Positions 63,632 through 64,000 of a stretch of DNA of 64,000 nucleotides are shown here, one piece after another (within the stretch, counting starts at the first letter, position 1; every line of letters begins with the position of its first letter). The notes beneath the pieces were generated by a model. The model did not search any database. It saw only the letters and a program-made list of their open reading frames with translations, and was not told the origin of the DNA. The stretch is from assembly GCA_039545335.1 (NCBI GenBank), contig BCIN01000003.1, positions 1,809,941-1,873,940 on the forward strand. Direction: 5' to 3'. Both the position numbers and the translations under genes were made by a program. The DNA comes from Kondoa subrosea (taxonomy: Eukaryota).

Positions 63632-64000
63632 GAGGTTCTATAGTCTGTATCAACTACAAGAAACGGGTTTATTTGTGTTTCGTGTGTTACTGGAAGAGCG
63701 TGTATAGAGAATCTTATGATTTCAGATTGTTGACTTGCAAGTTGGTAACTGTTGGTTACCCCGTGTTGACCATTTCTCTGCTTTAATACTTGGTTATCGC
63801 TAGGCCTGATAAGACCTAATGACCTCCACTCTCGGCGAGACGCTGCATTCTGCTGTAATTGAGCTTTTGCCTTGCATCATCTATTTCTGATGCCATGCCA
63901 TTTCGTGTTTGAACAGAGCTCAGTTTATTCAGATTTCCTGTTAGCTAATGCAGCAAGGATTCAGAAGATCGAGAGCTCTCTCAAGACCGTTTCCTGGCTG

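Noticed and set aside
1..64000. Alternative genetic code, tRNA/rRNA/snoRNA genes, CRISPR arrays
   Set aside because: Conserved genes end in TAA, TAG and TGA and translate normally. No RNA-gene or array signatures were seen by eye; tRNAscan-SE/Infernal would be needed to exclude small RNAs.

Overview
Gene-dense eukaryotic DNA with many short (~50-60 nt) introns. It is most consistent with a compact-genome basidiomycete fungus; this is inferred from gene content and intron style, and I did not identify the species. About 24 protein-coding genes can be modelled. They include a GPI-type aspartic protease, a PAS-fold protein, a NIPA-type Mg2+ transporter, adenylate cyclase, TIM17, an F-box-like protein, a CCCH-TPR-J-domain protein, ORC6-like (two copies), myosin light chain, a CPL1-like secreted protein, 1-Cys peroxiredoxin, AP180/ANTH, DUF3844, an alpha-arrestin, DAP1, PMT1, tricalbin, SGT2, ADE1 and an SH3BGR-like protein. 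I could not support any tRNA, rRNA, CRISPR array or transposase. Three things stand out. (i) A ~3 kb ORC6-MLC-CPL1 duplication with reciprocal loss brackets a 2 kb orphan segment and leaves a second ORC6-like ORF that is C-terminally truncated but seems conserved. (ii) A 4.1 kb orphan-gene block is bracketed by 67-bp direct repeats of the DAP1 start region. (iii) One gene encodes an unusual CCCH-coiled-coil-TPR-DnaJ fusion. All family calls come from motifs recognised by eye, and exon boundaries are manual estimates.
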